Below are positions 38,064-49,245 of a DNA stretch of 64,000 nucleotides, one piece after another; position 1 is the stretch's first letter; every line of letters starts with the position of its first letter. The position numbers and the translations under genes are program-made. The DNA is from an uncultured Candidatus Rokubacteria bacterium (GTDB lineage: Bacteria; Methylomirabilota; Methylomirabilia; Rokubacteriales; CSP1-6), in the NCBI GenBank assembly GCA_963789955.1, contig CAWBMV010000020.1, positions 32,001 through 96,000 of the forward strand, given 5' to 3'. A model generated the notes under the pieces. The model saw only the letters and a list, made by a program, of their open reading frames with translations, did no database searches and was not told the origin of the DNA.

Positions 38064-39389
38064 CTACATCAGGCTCGACCTGACCGACGGGAACCAGCGC
38101 GTCAGCGGCGAGTCCTCGCACAGGATCGTCTCGTCACGCTGGGCGCCGGTCGAGATGAGGCAGAAGCGGGTGCCGATCAGCTCCTCGAGGCGCTCGAGGT
38201 AGCGTCGCGCCTTGGCCGGCAGATCGGCCTCGTTCTTCGCTCCGGCCGTCGGCGCGCGCCAGCCTTCGATTTCCTCGTAGATGGGCTCGGCCGCCGCCAC
38301 GACGGTCTCGTCCTCCGGGAAGTCGGTCAAGGTCTCGCCGCGATGCCGGTAGGCGACGCAGACCTTGACCGTCTCGCACTGGTCGAGGACGTCCAGCTTG
38401 GTCAAGGCCACCGTGTCGAGCCCGTTGATGCGCGTCGCATAGCGGCCGACCACCGCGTCGAACCAGCCGCAGCGCCGCGGCCGGCCGGTCGTGGCGCCGT
38501 ACTCGTGACCGCGCGCCCGGATCGTCTCGGCGATCGCGCCCGTCATCTCGGTCGGGAATGGTCCGCCGCCGACGCGGGTCGTGTACGCCTTGCTCACGCC
38601 GACGACGCCGTGGATCTTCGTCGGCGGCACGCCCGTGCCGGTGGACGCGCCGCCGGCGGTCGTCGAGGACGAGGTGATGTAGGGATAGGTCCCGTGGTCG
38701 ATGTCGAGCATCGTCGCCTGCGCGCCCTCGAACATCACGCTGTAGCCGGCCTCGATCCAGCGTGAGAGCAGGAGCGCGGTGTCGGTGATGTACGGCGCCA
38801 GCCAGCCCGCGTACCGCAGATACTTGTCCAGGATCTCCTCGACCGTGAAGGTCTCCGCGTCGTAGATCTCGCGCAGCAGCCGGTTCTTCTGGGCGACGTT
38901 CAGCTCGAGCTTCTCCCGGAAGAGCCGCTCGTTCAGGAGATCGGCCATGCGGATGCCGACGCGCGCCGCCTTGTCGACGTACGCGGGCCCGACGCCGCGT
39001 CCGGTCGTCCCGATGCGCCGCTTGCCCAGCTTGGCCTCCGAGGCCAGGTCGAGCGCCGGGTGGTAGGGCATGATCAGGTGCGCGTTCTTGGAGATGAAGA
39101 GGTTGCCGTCGAGCTGCACCCCGCGGCGCACGAGCGCCTCCATCTCCTCGATCAGCGACCCGGGATCGACGACCACGCCGCAGCCGATGACGCAGCGACA
39201 GCCCGGATGCAGGATGCCGGACGGGATCGAGTGCAGGACGTACTTCTCCCGCCCCACGACCACCGTGTGGCCCGCGTTGTTGCCGCCGGCGAAGCGCGCG
39301 ACGACGTTCACGTGCGGCGCCAGCATGTCGACGACCTTGCCCTTCCCCTCGTCTCCCCACTGCGTCCCGACGACCACGATGTTAGGCAT
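38064..39389 (-). CDS. purA: Adenylosuccinate synthetase
   Basis: QWGDEGKGK, GGNNAGHT, IGTTGRGVGPAY, GATTGRPRRCGWFD, TKLDVL. Confidence 0.98.
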   Translation of the reverse strand: MPNIVVVGTQWGDEGKGKVVDMLAPHVNVVARFAGGNNAGHTVVVGREKYVLHSIPSGILHPGCRCVIGCGVVVDPGSLIEEMEALVRRGVQLDGNLFISKNAHLIMPYHPALDLASEAKLGKRRIGTTGRGVGPAYVDKAARVGIRMADLLNERLFREKLELNVAQKNRLLREIYDAETFTVEEILDKYLRYAGWLAPYITDTALLLSRWIEAGYSVMFEGAQATMLDIDHGTYPYITSSSTTAGGASTGTGVPPTKIHGVVGVSKAYTTRVGGGPFPTEMTGAIAETIRARGHEYGATTGRPRRCGWFDAVVGRYATRINGLDTVALTKLDVLDQCETVKVCVAYRHRGETLTDFPEDETVVAAAEPIYEEIEGWRAPTAGAKNEADLPAKARRYLERLEELIGTRFCLISTGAQRDETILCEDSPLTRWFPSVRSSLM

Positions 39390-40686
39390 GGCTTTCACCT
39401 CTGAATATGCGCTCTGGATGGTCGAGGATCTCCGCGACCCCCAGCACGCGCTCCGATCCGTCCGCGAGATTCATCGCGACCACCTGCTCCGCCCCGGCGC
39501 GCGGATGGCCGATGACGAGGATCTGACTCACCCGTTGCGCCCGGGCGTACGCCACCGACTCGTCGAGCCCGCGGCTGATGATGTCACGCGCCACCGAGGC
39601 CCCGAGATCGCGGAGCCGTCGCGCCAGCGAGAGCGCCGCGTTCTTTTCGCGCGTGAAGTCGATGATGAAGAAGTCGGGGCCCGGCAGCGGCACCGGCACG
39701 CCCTGCGTCTCCATGACCGACAGCGCGCGCCCCACGTCGAACGCGAATCCGACCGCGGCGCAGTCGTAGCCGAATCGCCCGAGCATGTCGTCGTAGCGCC
39801 CGCCGGCCGCGATCGACGCCCCGAAGCCCGCCACGTACGCCTCGAAGTACGTCCCGGAATAGTAGTCGAAGCCACGCACCTCACCGAGGTCGAGCAGCAC
39901 GCTCTCGGCGAGCCCGTAGATCTTGAGCAGCCGGTACACCTCGGCCAGGTTCGCCAGCGCTCGCGACGACCGCTCGTTGCGCGCGAAGGTCGCGGCGCGC
40001 TCCAGCACCGACTCACGTCCAAAGAGGGTCGGCAGCGCCAGAAGCGCATCGCGAACGTGCGCCGGCGGCGCGAGGTCGGCGACCAGGCGCTCGAGCGTGG
40101 ACCCGTCCTTTCGGGCCAGCGTCAACCGCAGCTCGCGCCCCTGCGCGGCATCGGTCTTGGCCTCGTCGAGGAGTCCGCGGAAGAAGTCGGGATGGCCGAG
40201 ATCGATCTGGAACCGCTCGAGCCCGAGCACGCGCAGCCCCTCGATCGCCATCGCGATGATCTCGACCTCGGCCTCGGGCTGGTCGAGCCCGACCAGCTCG
40301 ACGCCGGCCTGGTAGAACTCGCGGTAGTGCGAGACGCGCGGCTCGTCGTAGCGGAACACGTTCGTCAGGTAGGCGAGCCGGATCGGCTTGGGCTCGTCAC
40401 GCAGGCGCGTCGCGACCACGCGGGCGATCTGGGGCGTGATATCCGGACGCAACGCCAGGGTTCGGCCGGTCTCGCGGTCGACCAGGGTGAACATGTTGCC
40501 CTGCACGTCGACATCCGTGCCGGTCGCGAGCACGTCCGAGAACTCGAACGTCGGCGTGACGATCTCGCGATAGCCCCAGCGGCGGAACACGCCCAGCAGC
40601 GACGCCTCGACGTGCCGCTTGCGCTCCGCCTCGTCCGGCAGGTAGATCCGCGCGCCCTTCGGAAGCTGAGTCTGGCGCGGCTTCAC
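39382..40686 (-). CDS. hisZ: ATP phosphoribosyltransferase regulatory subunit
   Basis: HisRS-like: LRPDITPQIAR, REFYQAGVE, YYSG, GGRYD; upstream of purA. Confidence 0.9.
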   Translation of the reverse strand: MKPRQTQLPKGARIYLPDEAERKRHVEASLLGVFRRWGYREIVTPTFEFSDVLATGTDVDVQGNMFTLVDRETGRTLALRPDITPQIARVVATRLRDEPKPIRLAYLTNVFRYDEPRVSHYREFYQAGVELVGLDQPEAEVEIIAMAIEGLRVLGLERFQIDLGHPDFFRGLLDEAKTDAAQGRELRLTLARKDGSTLERLVADLAPPAHVRDALLALPTLFGRESVLERAATFARNERSSRALANLAEVYRLLKIYGLAESVLLDLGEVRGFDYYSGTYFEAYVAGFGASIAAGGRYDDMLGRFGYDCAAVGFAFDVGRALSVMETQGVPVPLPGPDFFIIDFTREKNAALSLARRLRDLGASVARDIISRGLDESVAYARAQRVSQILVIGHPRAGAEQVVAMNLADGSERVLGVAEILDHPERIFRGESHA

Positions 40687-41308
40687 GGCGTCACCGCGTC
40701 CAGATGCGCCACGGTGTTCATGCGATGCACGGTGGCCCAGCCCGGCTCGTACTCGATCTCGGTGATCCCGGCCGGCGCCGCGTCGAGTGTCCAGAGCCGG
40801 TCGAGCCCGAGACCGAGCGCGTCGAGCACGATCAAGCGCGCCACGACGCCGTGGCTCACGAGCACGACCGTCTGCGAGTCATGCGCGTGCTTGCAGCGCC
40901 GCGATGCCGGCATTCACCCGCGCCGCCACGCCCGGGATCGTCTCACCGCCGGCCGGCTCGAGCAGGTGCGGCGCCGATCGCCACTGAGCCCACGCGTCGG
41001 GATAGCGCGCCCGCACCTCGTCGCGCGTCAGTCCCTCCCACGACGCCGAAGGACATTTCGCTGAAGGCCGGCACGATGCGGACCGGGAGACCGTGCGGCG
41101 TGGCGATCACCTCGGCCGACGCCCGAGCCCGCTCGAGCGGACTCGCGTACACGGCCGCGACGGCGGTGCCGGACAGCGCACGCGCCACGGCCACGCACTG
41201 GTCGCGTCCCACCGCGGTGAGCGGAATGTCCCGCGAGCCGGCAAACCGCCGCTCCCGGACCCAGTCCGTCTCCCCATGCCGTACTACGAAGATCCTCAGC
41301 CTGCCCAC
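40683..41308 (-). CDS. Histidine phosphatase family protein (frameshifted), candidate phosphoserine phosphatase
   Basis: VRHGET, SPLERA, EMSFG, VSHG..N..HL. Confidence 0.85.
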
Positions 41309-41395
41309 AAGCTCGCCATTCTACGGCCGAAACTCGAGAACCGCACGAACTCCGCAGGGCATATCCAGAGGGCGATCCGGGGGGAGGTGGGCTCG

Positions 41396-42046
41396 TCAGA
41401 GTGCCGCCAGAAGTCTCTCCTCGTTCAGGCGCTCGCCAGGTGTTCGCTCGAGGTGCACCCACCGCACGATTCCGTGAGGATCGATCAGGAATTGCCCGAT
41501 CACGAGCGCCTGGTCTCGCTCCCGGTCTTGCCAGTCGCTCTCGACCGGCTCGAACCCATCGAAGCGCAGAATCGCCTCGCTGGCCTGACCCGGCATGGCC
41601 GGTATCTCCAGCTCACGCGCCATCTGCGCGGCGGCCGTTTCGACCATCTGCGCGACAGCAGGCGTCTTGGCCAGCCGCGGCATTCCGTACGCTCGGTGCG
41701 TCCTCAGATCCGGGTCCGCGGCGACGCGAAAACGTGAGGGATGGAAGCGATAGTACAAGCGTGCGCGGTCGGGCGCAGTAGCCACAACCGCGAGCGTCGC
41801 TACACCGACTTTCTCGAGCCGCTCGGCGCTGAGCGCCAGCTGGCTCATTTGACGGCGACAAAATGGGCAGTACAGACCGCGGAAGAGGGCGAGCAATACC
41901 GCCTGCTTCTCGCGGTAGTCCGTCAGGGAAACGACGCCTTCCCGATCCGCGGCGGGAAGCGTCACATCGGGTGCCCGGTCGCCCGCTCGCAGCCTCGGTG
42001 GTCTCTCGTCCGGCCTACTACCCGATGGCGTGAAGTAAGAGGTCAC
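41396..42046 (-). CDS. AhpC/TSA-like redoxin
   Basis: GDRAPDVTLP..FRGLYCPFCRRQ..FLIDPHGIVRW. Confidence 0.8.
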   Translation of the reverse strand: MTSYFTPSGSRPDERPPRLRAGDRAPDVTLPAADREGVVSLTDYREKQAVLLALFRGLYCPFCRRQMSQLALSAERLEKVGVATLAVVATAPDRARLYYRFHPSRFRVAADPDLRTHRAYGMPRLAKTPAVAQMVETAAAQMARELEIPAMPGQASEAILRFDGFEPVESDWQDRERDQALVIGQFLIDPHGIVRWVHLERTPGERLNEERLLAAL

Positions 42047-42072
42047 GTCCCCGTCAGCCCCCAGTCGTAGCG

Positions 42073-43657
42073 CTAGAGCTTGACGAGCTTGGCGAGAACG
42101 ATATCGGGCATCGCGCGAATTTCGTCGAGCGCAGCCGGCGGCATCGGATCGTCGAGGTTCAACACCGACACCGCGCGCCCCCCGCGACGTTCGCGCCCGA
42201 GCTGCATCCCGGCGATGTTGATCCCGTGGCGCCCGCACAAGGTCCCGATGCGGCCGATGACACCGGGCACGTCGAGGTTGGCGAACACGAGCATCCAGCC
42301 GTGCGGCACGGCTTCCAGGGAGAAGCCGTCGACCTGGACGAAGCGAGGCTCGCGCTTGAAGAAGACGGCGCCGGCGACCGACGTCGAACCACGATCGGTG
42401 TGGAGCTCGGCGGTCACGAGGCTCGCGTAGTCCGAGCTCTCCGTCGTCGAGGTCTCGGTGACCCTGAGGCCGCGCGCCTTGGCGATCAGCATCGCGTTCA
42501 CGTCGGTCACGTGCTCGGACAGGATCGTACCGAGCAGACCTCGCACGAGCGCAAGCGTCAGGGTGGCCGTCGTCCGTCCCACGATCTCGCCCGCGTACGT
42601 GAGCCGCACCTCCTGCATCCGGCCCTCGGCCATCTGCGCGAGGAAACGGCCCATCTTCTCGACGAGCCCGAGATAGGGCGCCTGCTCCCGATGCGTCTCG
42701 GCGTCGACCGCCGGCAGGTTGACCGCGTTGACCACGACGCCGTGAAGGAGCGCGTCGGCGACCTGGTCGGCGATGGCGAGCGCGACCGCCGTCTGCGCCT
42801 CGTCGGTGGCCGCGCCCAGATGTGGCGTCACGATCACCTGCTCGAGCTTCAGAAGTGGATGATCGGCCGGCGGCGGCTCTTGCTCGAACACGTCCAGCGC
42901 CGCGCCCGCGATCTTGCCCGACTGGATCGCGCGGGCGAGCGCCTGCTCGTCGATCAAGCCGCCGCGCGCGCAGTTGATGATGCGCGCCCCCGGCTTGAGC
43001 CGCTCGAGCTCCGCGGCGCCGAGCAAGTGGCGCGTATCGCCGGTGAGCGGCGTGTGGATCGTCACGAAGTCGGCGCGCGCGAGCAGATCGTCGAGCTCGA
43101 CGCTTTCCACGCCCAGTCGCTCGGCGGCCTCGCGCGTCAGATACGGATCGTAGGCGATGACCTGCATCCGGAACCCGAGCGCGCGCCGCGCGACCTCGGA
43201 GCCGATCCGGCCGAGGCCGACGATACCCAGGATCTTGCCGAGCAGCTCGACGCCCTGCAGGCGGTTCTTCTCCCAGCGGCCGGCCTTGAGGGTCGACGTC
43301 GGCGGCCGGCAGGCGGCGGGCGAGCGCCAGCAGGAGACCGAGCGTGTGCTCGGCGACGGCGGTGGTGTTCCCGCCCGGCGTGTTCATCACGATGATGCCG
43401 CGTTTGGTCGCGGCGTCGACGTCGATCGTGTCGACACCCGCTCCGGCCCGGCCGATCACTTCGAGACGCTGGCCCGCCTCGATGGCGGCGCGAGTGACCT
43501 TGGTGGCGCTGCGGACGATCAGCCCTTCGTACTCGCCGATGCGCTCGACCAGCTCGCGCTCGCCGAGCGAGCCGGCCACGTCGACGTCGAGCCCGTGCTT
43601 GCGGAGCGCGTCGACGCCGACGGCCTGGAGCCCGTCGGCGACCAGAACCCGCTTCAC
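42073..43657 (-). CDS. serA: D-3-phosphoglycerate dehydrogenase (frameshift near 43290)
   Basis: GRAGAGVDTID, NTPGGN, INCARGG, TPHLGAAT, ASB and ACT domains. Confidence 0.95.
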
Positions 43658-44797
43658 GACTTTTCGGCGAAGATCTTCTGGGCGGCGCGGACGCTCGACC
43701 CGAAGTCTACCGGCTGGCCGATCTCGGCGAGCACCTGCTCGAGTCGCCGCGAGCGCGTTGATGACGTCGAACTCGGCGCAGTAGCCCATGTGGCCCAGGC
43801 GGAAGAGCTTGCCCTTCATCTCTCCCTGCCCGCCGGCGATCGTGATGTTGTGGCTGCGCGAGTACGTCGCGGCGATCTTCTCGCTATCCACGCCTTTCGG
43901 CGCGGCGACCGCGGTCACCGCCGGGCTCGGCGTGGCCTTGGCGAAGAGCTCGAGCCCGAGCGCCTCGACACCGGCGCGCGTGGCGCGGGCGAGTCGATCG
44001 TGACGCTTGAACACGTTGGCCAGCCCTTCGGCCTCGAGCAACCCCAGCGCTTCCCGCAGTCCGACGACGATCGACACCGCCGGCGTGAAGCGCACCTCGT
44101 TCTTCGCCACGTACTTCAGCTCGTCCGGGAGATTGAAGTAGAACTTCGGCAAGGTCGAGCTCTTGGTCTTCCGCCAGGCCTTCTCGTTGAGCGCGCAGAA
44201 CCCGAGGCCGGGAGGCAGCATCAGCCCCTTCTGCGAACCGGACACCACGACATCGATGTCCCAGGCGTCCATCGGCAGATCGGCGATGCCGAGACTCGAG
44301 ACCGCGTCGACGACCAGGATCGCGTCGTGCTGCCTCGTGACGGCGGCGTAGGCTCGGACGTCGTGCAGCACGCCGGTCGAGGTCTCGCTGTGCTGGACGA
44401 GCACGGCCTTCACGTCGGGGTGGCTCTTGAGCGCCTCGGCGATGCGGCCCGCGTCGACGGTTTGCCCGAACGGAGCGCTCAGGTCGACCACGTTGAGGCC
44501 GTACGCCTTGGCGAGATCGAGCCAGCGGTCGCCGAACTTCCCGGCGCGGACCACCACGACGCGATCACCCGCGGACAGCGTGTTGACGACGGCGGCTTCC
44601 ATCGCACCCGTGCCCGAACAGGCGAGCGGAATGACCTCGGCGCTCGTCTGGAAGAGCTTCTTCAGCGCGGCGCGCACTTCGACGAAGAGCGCGTCGTACT
44701 CAGGGGTGCGGTGGTGGATGATCGGCTTGGCCATCGCGAGCAGAACCTCGCTCGGAACTGGCGTCGGCCCCGGCGCCATCAACTGATACTTCTTCAT
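43654..44797 (-). CDS. Class V aminotransferase (alanine/serine-glyoxylate type; frameshift near 43745)
   Basis: APGPTP, SGTGAMEA, HSETSTG, VDAVSS, SGSQKG, FRLGHMG. Confidence 0.9.
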
Positions 44798-46337
44798 GCA
44801 GACGGCCTCCTTCGAGTGGTCAGGTTCGATTCGATGGTAACACGGCCTCCCACACCCGATCGGCCCAGCGCGGTCACGAAGATCGCGTCTTTGCGCGCGG
44901 CGTGCGGCGAGAAGAACTCGACCACGTGACCGTCGTAGAACGTGAGCCCGGACGCGCCGAATCCCTGGGCGTAGGCCGCGAGATAGGCGCGGCCGCCCGC
45001 CAGCCCCGCCTCGAGATTCGCGAGGCGATAGCCTCGATCGCCGAACGTGCGCGTGAGCTCGTCGAGCCGCGCGAGCCAGTAGATGGTGGCCGCCGCGTCG
45101 CCGCCGAGCGGCTGCTCGAGACAGAGGTACGCCGACCGGTTTCGGAACTCGCCGGTCGCCAGGGTCTCCAGCGCGTGTGCGTCCGGCCGGTAGAAGTAGG
45201 CGCCCGACGGCACGCCCTCGACGGCGTTGACGATGAGATAAAGATCCACGAGTCCGCTGGGGACATCGGCATCGAACGGTCGCGCCGCCGCCCAGAGCGC
45301 GGTCGCCAAGCTCCTCCGCGGTGAGCGACGCGTGGCCGAACTCACGGGTCGAGCCGCGGCGCTGAATCGTCTCGCCGAGCCCGCGCCCGGCCCGAGCGCG
45401 CGGCGGCGGCAGCTGAACCAGCTTGGCGCCCACCGGCGGCATCGGCACCGTGCGCGACCACTCGCGCCCACGCCAGGTGCTCACGGCAGAGGCAGTGCCG
45501 AGTCCGGAGGCGGCGTGCATCTCACGAATCAGCGGATAGTCGACCTCGGACGACGACAACGGCAACGTCGCGTGATCGATCGAGTCGAGCACGCGCGCCA
45601 GCCGGCGCGGCCGCGGCCTCGGGACCGAGCACGATCAGCTCGAGCGCGACCTCACGCGTCGTATCGAGCCCGAGCAGGCGATCGACCTCGACGTCCACGA
45701 AGCCCGTCAGCACTCTCGGCGCGAGCCCGAGAGCCCCGCCGACCGCCAGCACGTTGGCGAGCATGGTGCCCGAGTCCCAGAACAGATGACGGTAGGCGCG
45801 CGCCTGATATTTCCAGGCGTTCCGCCAGTAGATCGCGGTGAGCAAGACCGTCGCCGAACGGCGGGCGATCGAGTCGTCGGCCGCGGCGGCGGAAAGCGCC
45901 GCGCGAACGTCCCCCTCGCGCAGGCGGCGCAAGGTGAAGTCGCCCGGACAGAAGTGATAGAGGCCGGGCTCGAGCCCGACGACCTCGCCGACCGCGACGT
46001 ACACCTCGGTCTGATAGAGCGCGCCCGTCGAGGCCGCGGCGCGGAAGAGGACCTCGCCGCCACCCGGATACGTCTTCTTCCTCGTCACGCCCGCGGCGTA
46101 GTAGAGAAGCGCCGCGAGCTGGCTCAGGCCAAGCGACGCGGCCGCCGGCGCCGGGTCGGCGAGCGCGGCGAGCGTGTCGGCCCCGACCGGCTCGATCTCG
46201 CGCGGCAGCGGAATCGCCGGCAGGTCCGTGTAGACCTTGAACGGGAACGGCTTGATGTCCCACTCGAGCGTGTGACCGCTCGTGCGAACCGACGCGGGCG
46301 AGTGGGTGGTCCGGTCGTGATATTCGCGAGCGGTCAA
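44794..46337 (-). CDS. Tandem-domain SagB/ThcOx-type nitroreductase (frameshifts near 45600 and 45310)
   Basis: RAAASTGALY, WKYQARAYRHLFWDSG; second domain QRRGSTR..GYRLANLEAG..GLTFYD. Confidence 0.85.
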
Positions 46338-47353
46338 AAGCGGTACGGCGGACGCACGACGCCGCGCTCGGTGATGATGGCCGCAATCAGACGAGCCGGT
46401 GTGACGTCGAAGGCCGGATTGAACACCGGTGAGGCGCTCGGCGCGGTCTGCTGCGCGCCGACCCGGCGGACTTCCGCCGCGTCGCGCTCCTCGATCGGGA
46501 TCTCGGCGCCCGAGGCGAGCGAGGGATCGATCGTCGAGTACGGCGCCGCGATGTAGAACGGCACATGGTGATGGGCGGCGAGCACCGCCAGCGAGTAGGT
46601 GCCGATCTTGTTGGCGGTGTCGCCGTTGGCGGCGATGCGATCGGCGCCGGTCACGATCAGGTCGACCTCGCCGCGCGCCATCACCGACGCCGCCACCACG
46701 TCGGCGATCAGCCGATGCGGAATGCCTTCGCGCACGCACTCCCACGCCGTCAGCCGCGAGCCTTGCATCACCGGTCGCGTCTCGTCGACCCACACGAGCG
46801 CCACCTTCCCCTGCTCGTGCGCGGCGCGCACGACGCCCAGCGCGGTGCCGTACCCGGCCGTCGCCAGAGCCCCGGCGTTGCAGTGGGTGAGGATGCGCGC
46901 GTTCGGCGGCACCAGCGAGGCGCCGTGGGCGCCCATGGCGCGATTCGCGGAGATGTCCTCGTCGCGGATCGCCTGGGCTTCCGCGAGCAGGCGCGCCCGC
47001 AGCTGATCGAGCGGGAGCGCGCCCGACGCGACCGCGACTCGGCGCATCCGGTCGAGCGCCCAGAACAGGTTCACGGCGGTCGGCCGCGTCGCCGCGAGCC
47101 CCTTGATCGCCGTCTCGAGGTCGGCCATCAGACCGTCGAACGTCGTCGCGCGGCTCTCACGGGCCGCCAGCACCACGCCGAACGCGGCGGCGACGCCGAT
47201 CGCGGGAGCGCCGCGCACCACGAGCGCGCGAATCGCCGCGCCCACGTCCTGCCAGCTCTGGTAGCCGCGCTCGACCTCGCGCTCGGGGAGCACGGTCTGG
47301 TCGACCAGGATCAGTCGGTCGGTGTCCCAGCGGACAGGCGCGATGACGGTCAT
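46334..47353 (-). CDS. mtnA: Methylthioribose-1-phosphate isomerase
   Basis: VRGAPAIG, RPTAVNL, THCNAGALAT, ETRP..QGSRLT, NKIGT, NPAFDVTP. Confidence 0.96.
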   Translation of the reverse strand: MTVIAPVRWDTDRLILVDQTVLPEREVERGYQSWQDVGAAIRALVVRGAPAIGVAAAFGVVLAARESRATTFDGLMADLETAIKGLAATRPTAVNLFWALDRMRRVAVASGALPLDQLRARLLAEAQAIRDEDISANRAMGAHGASLVPPNARILTHCNAGALATAGYGTALGVVRAAHEQGKVALVWVDETRPVMQGSRLTAWECVREGIPHRLIADVVAASVMARGEVDLIVTGADRIAANGDTANKIGTYSLAVLAAHHHVPFYIAAPYSTIDPSLASGAEIPIEERDAAEVRRVGAQQTAPSASPVFNPAFDVTPARLIAAIITERGVVRPPYRF

Positions 47354-47379
47354 GACGCTCTCGTGAGGATCGTGTCCAG

Positions 47380-47630
47380 GCGGCGCTGAATCTCGGCGTG
47401 ACGCCAAGCCGGCGATCTCGACGATCTTGCTTCTCCCGTGAAGGCCGCTCACCACACTGACGGAGGAGGGCGGGACGCCCGAGCGCGCTGGCCAGGAGGC
47501 GGGCCACCGCGGTGTTCGCGGCGCCGGCGACGGGCGCCGCCGTGACGCGAAGGCGGAGCGTCGCGTCCTGCCAGCCGACGATCTCGTCGCGCGACGCCCG
47601 CGGTTGGACGCGGAGCGACAGCCGCGCCGC
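47380..47630 (-). CDS. DUF167/YggU family protein (frameshifted, ends approximate)
   Basis: LRVQPRASRDEIVG..LRVTAAPVAGAAN..L / VSVVSGLHGRSK. Confidence 0.75.
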
Positions 47631-47631
47631 C

Positions 47632-48105
47632 TCAGCTCTTGCCTTCGTCCTTGTCCTCGCCGAACTCGGCCGACATCATGCGGTAGTAGCTCTCGAGCGT
47701 CGCGCGAAAGTCCTCGATCAGCTGGCGGCGGACGCGTCGCAGGGTCTGGATCTCGCTCCGGATCCGCGCCTCCTCGGCCCGCCCTTCCTCGATGATCTTC
47801 TCGCTGCGCAGCTCGGCCTCGCGCATCAGCAGCTCCGCCTCGCGGCGCGAGGTGGCCTTCATCTCGTCACCGAGCCGGTGGGTCGTCACGAGCGTGTCCT
47901 GCAGCGCCCGCTCGCGCTCGGCGAGGCCGCGCGCCCGGTCCTCGAAGGTGGAGACCTGCTCCTTCAGCTGCGCGTTTTCCTTGAGCACCGTTTCGTAGTC
48001 CTCGGCGACGTCGTCGAGGAAGGCATCGACCTCGTGGACGTCGAATCCACGAAACCACTTCACGCTGAACTGTTGCTGACGGATATCGAGCGGACTGATA
48101 CGCAT
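47632..48105 (-). CDS. divIVA: DivIVA domain protein
   Basis: ISPLDIRQQQF..RGFDVHEVDAFLD plus coiled coil. Confidence 0.92.
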   Translation of the reverse strand: MRISPLDIRQQQFSVKWFRGFDVHEVDAFLDDVAEDYETVLKENAQLKEQVSTFEDRARGLAERERALQDTLVTTHRLGDEMKATSRREAELLMREAELRSEKIIEEGRAEEARIRSEIQTLRRVRRQLIEDFRATLESYYRMMSAEFGEDKDEGKS

Positions 48106-48121
48106 GAGGCCTCCGGCGTCC

Positions 48122-48424
48122 CTAGCCCATCTCGGTAGCGATTCTGTACAGCACCGGGACCAGGAATTCCTTCAAGAAATACAGGACCAGAATGACGATC
48201 ATCGGTGAAAAGTCGAGCCCCATCTGGGAGATCGGCAACCGCTCGCGCACGGGCCGCAGCACCGGCTCGGTCACCCGATACAGGAATCGCACGACCGGGT
48301 TGTAGGGGTCCGGACTCACCCACGAGATGATCGACCGCGCGATGATGATCCAGATGTAGGCCACGATCACGAGGTTCACGAGATTCGCCAGCGCCATGAC
48401 GAAGTAGTTGATGATGAACATCAC
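48122..48424 (-). CDS. yggT: YggT family membrane protein
   Basis: SWVSPDPYNPVVRFLYRVTEPVL..LDFSP. Confidence 0.92.
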   Translation of the reverse strand: MMFIINYFVMALANLVNLVIVAYIWIIIARSIISWVSPDPYNPVVRFLYRVTEPVLRPVRERLPISQMGLDFSPMIVILVLYFLKEFLVPVLYRIATEMG

Positions 48425-49245
48425 TTCGGCCCCTGGCCGAGCTCACGCGAGCGCACGGTCGCCCGCTCGACGGCCTTGATGAAGGTCGTGCGGATGCCGC
48501 CTTCCTCGAGCGCGGCGACACCGGCGATCGAGGTGCCGCCCGGCGAGCTGACCATGTCCTTGAGCGCGCCCGGATGCATGCCGGTCTCCAGCAAGAGCTT
48601 GGCGGCGCCCAGCACGGTCTGGGTGGCCAGGGTCATCGCGGTGATCCGATCGAGCCCCATCCGCACGCCCCCGTCGGCCAGCGATTCGATCACGACGGCC
48701 ACGTACGCGGGCCCGGAGCCCGACAGTCCCGTCACCGCGTCCATCAGGGCTTCGTCGAGCACGACCACGCGGCCGACCGCGCTGAAGATCTCGCCCGCGG
48801 TGTCGAGGTCGTCGGGCTCGAGACCGTCCGCCTTCGCGATGGCCGTCACGCCCTCGAGCACGAGGGCCGGCGTGTTCGGCATCACGCGGATGAGGCGCGC
48901 GTCCTTGTGCAGCACGGTGCGGATCTTGGCGGTGGAGACGCCCGCGGCGACCGAGATCAGGAGCTTGCGCCGCGTGACGGCCGGCGCGATCTCCTTCAAG
49001 ACCGCGTCCATGATCTGCGGCTTCACCGCCAGGATGACGATGTCGGAGTGGCGGACGACGGCGGCGTTGTCGGAGGAGACCTGGATCCCGTACAGCCGGT
49101 CGAGCTCCTTGAGCCGCTCGAGGCGCACGTCGGTCGCGTGGATCGCGCTCGCCGGGACGAGGCTCGCTCCGAGGAGGCCCTTGATCAGCGCCTCGCCCAT
49201 GTTGCCGCCGCCGATGAACCCGACGGTGAGGCCCTTGATCGTCAT
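48421..49245 (-). CDS. proC: Pyrroline-5-carboxylate reductase
   Basis: FIGGGNMG, AVKPQ, RVMPNTP, SGSGPAY, SSPGGTS. Confidence 0.96.
   Translation of the reverse strand: MTIKGLTVGFIGGGNMGEALIKGLLGASLVPASAIHATDVRLERLKELDRLYGIQVSSDNAAVVRHSDIVILAVKPQIMDAVLKEIAPAVTRRKLLISVAAGVSTAKIRTVLHKDARLIRVMPNTPALVLEGVTAIAKADGLEPDDLDTAGEIFSAVGRVVVLDEALMDAVTGLSGSGPAYVAVVIESLADGGVRMGLDRITAMTLATQTVLGAAKLLLETGMHPGALKDMVSSPGGTSIAGVAALEEGGIRTTFIKAVERATVRSRELGQGPK

Noticed and set aside
41396..45592. 1398-aa ORF fusing nitroreductase, aminotransferase, SerA and redoxin pieces
   Set aside because: Frameshifts chain four ordinary genes together; off-frame stretches are Arg/Ala-rich junk
44794..46337. SagB-type gene as maturase of the HNET peptides
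   Set aside because: It is 41 kb away in a housekeeping operon, with no YcaO or E1-like partner
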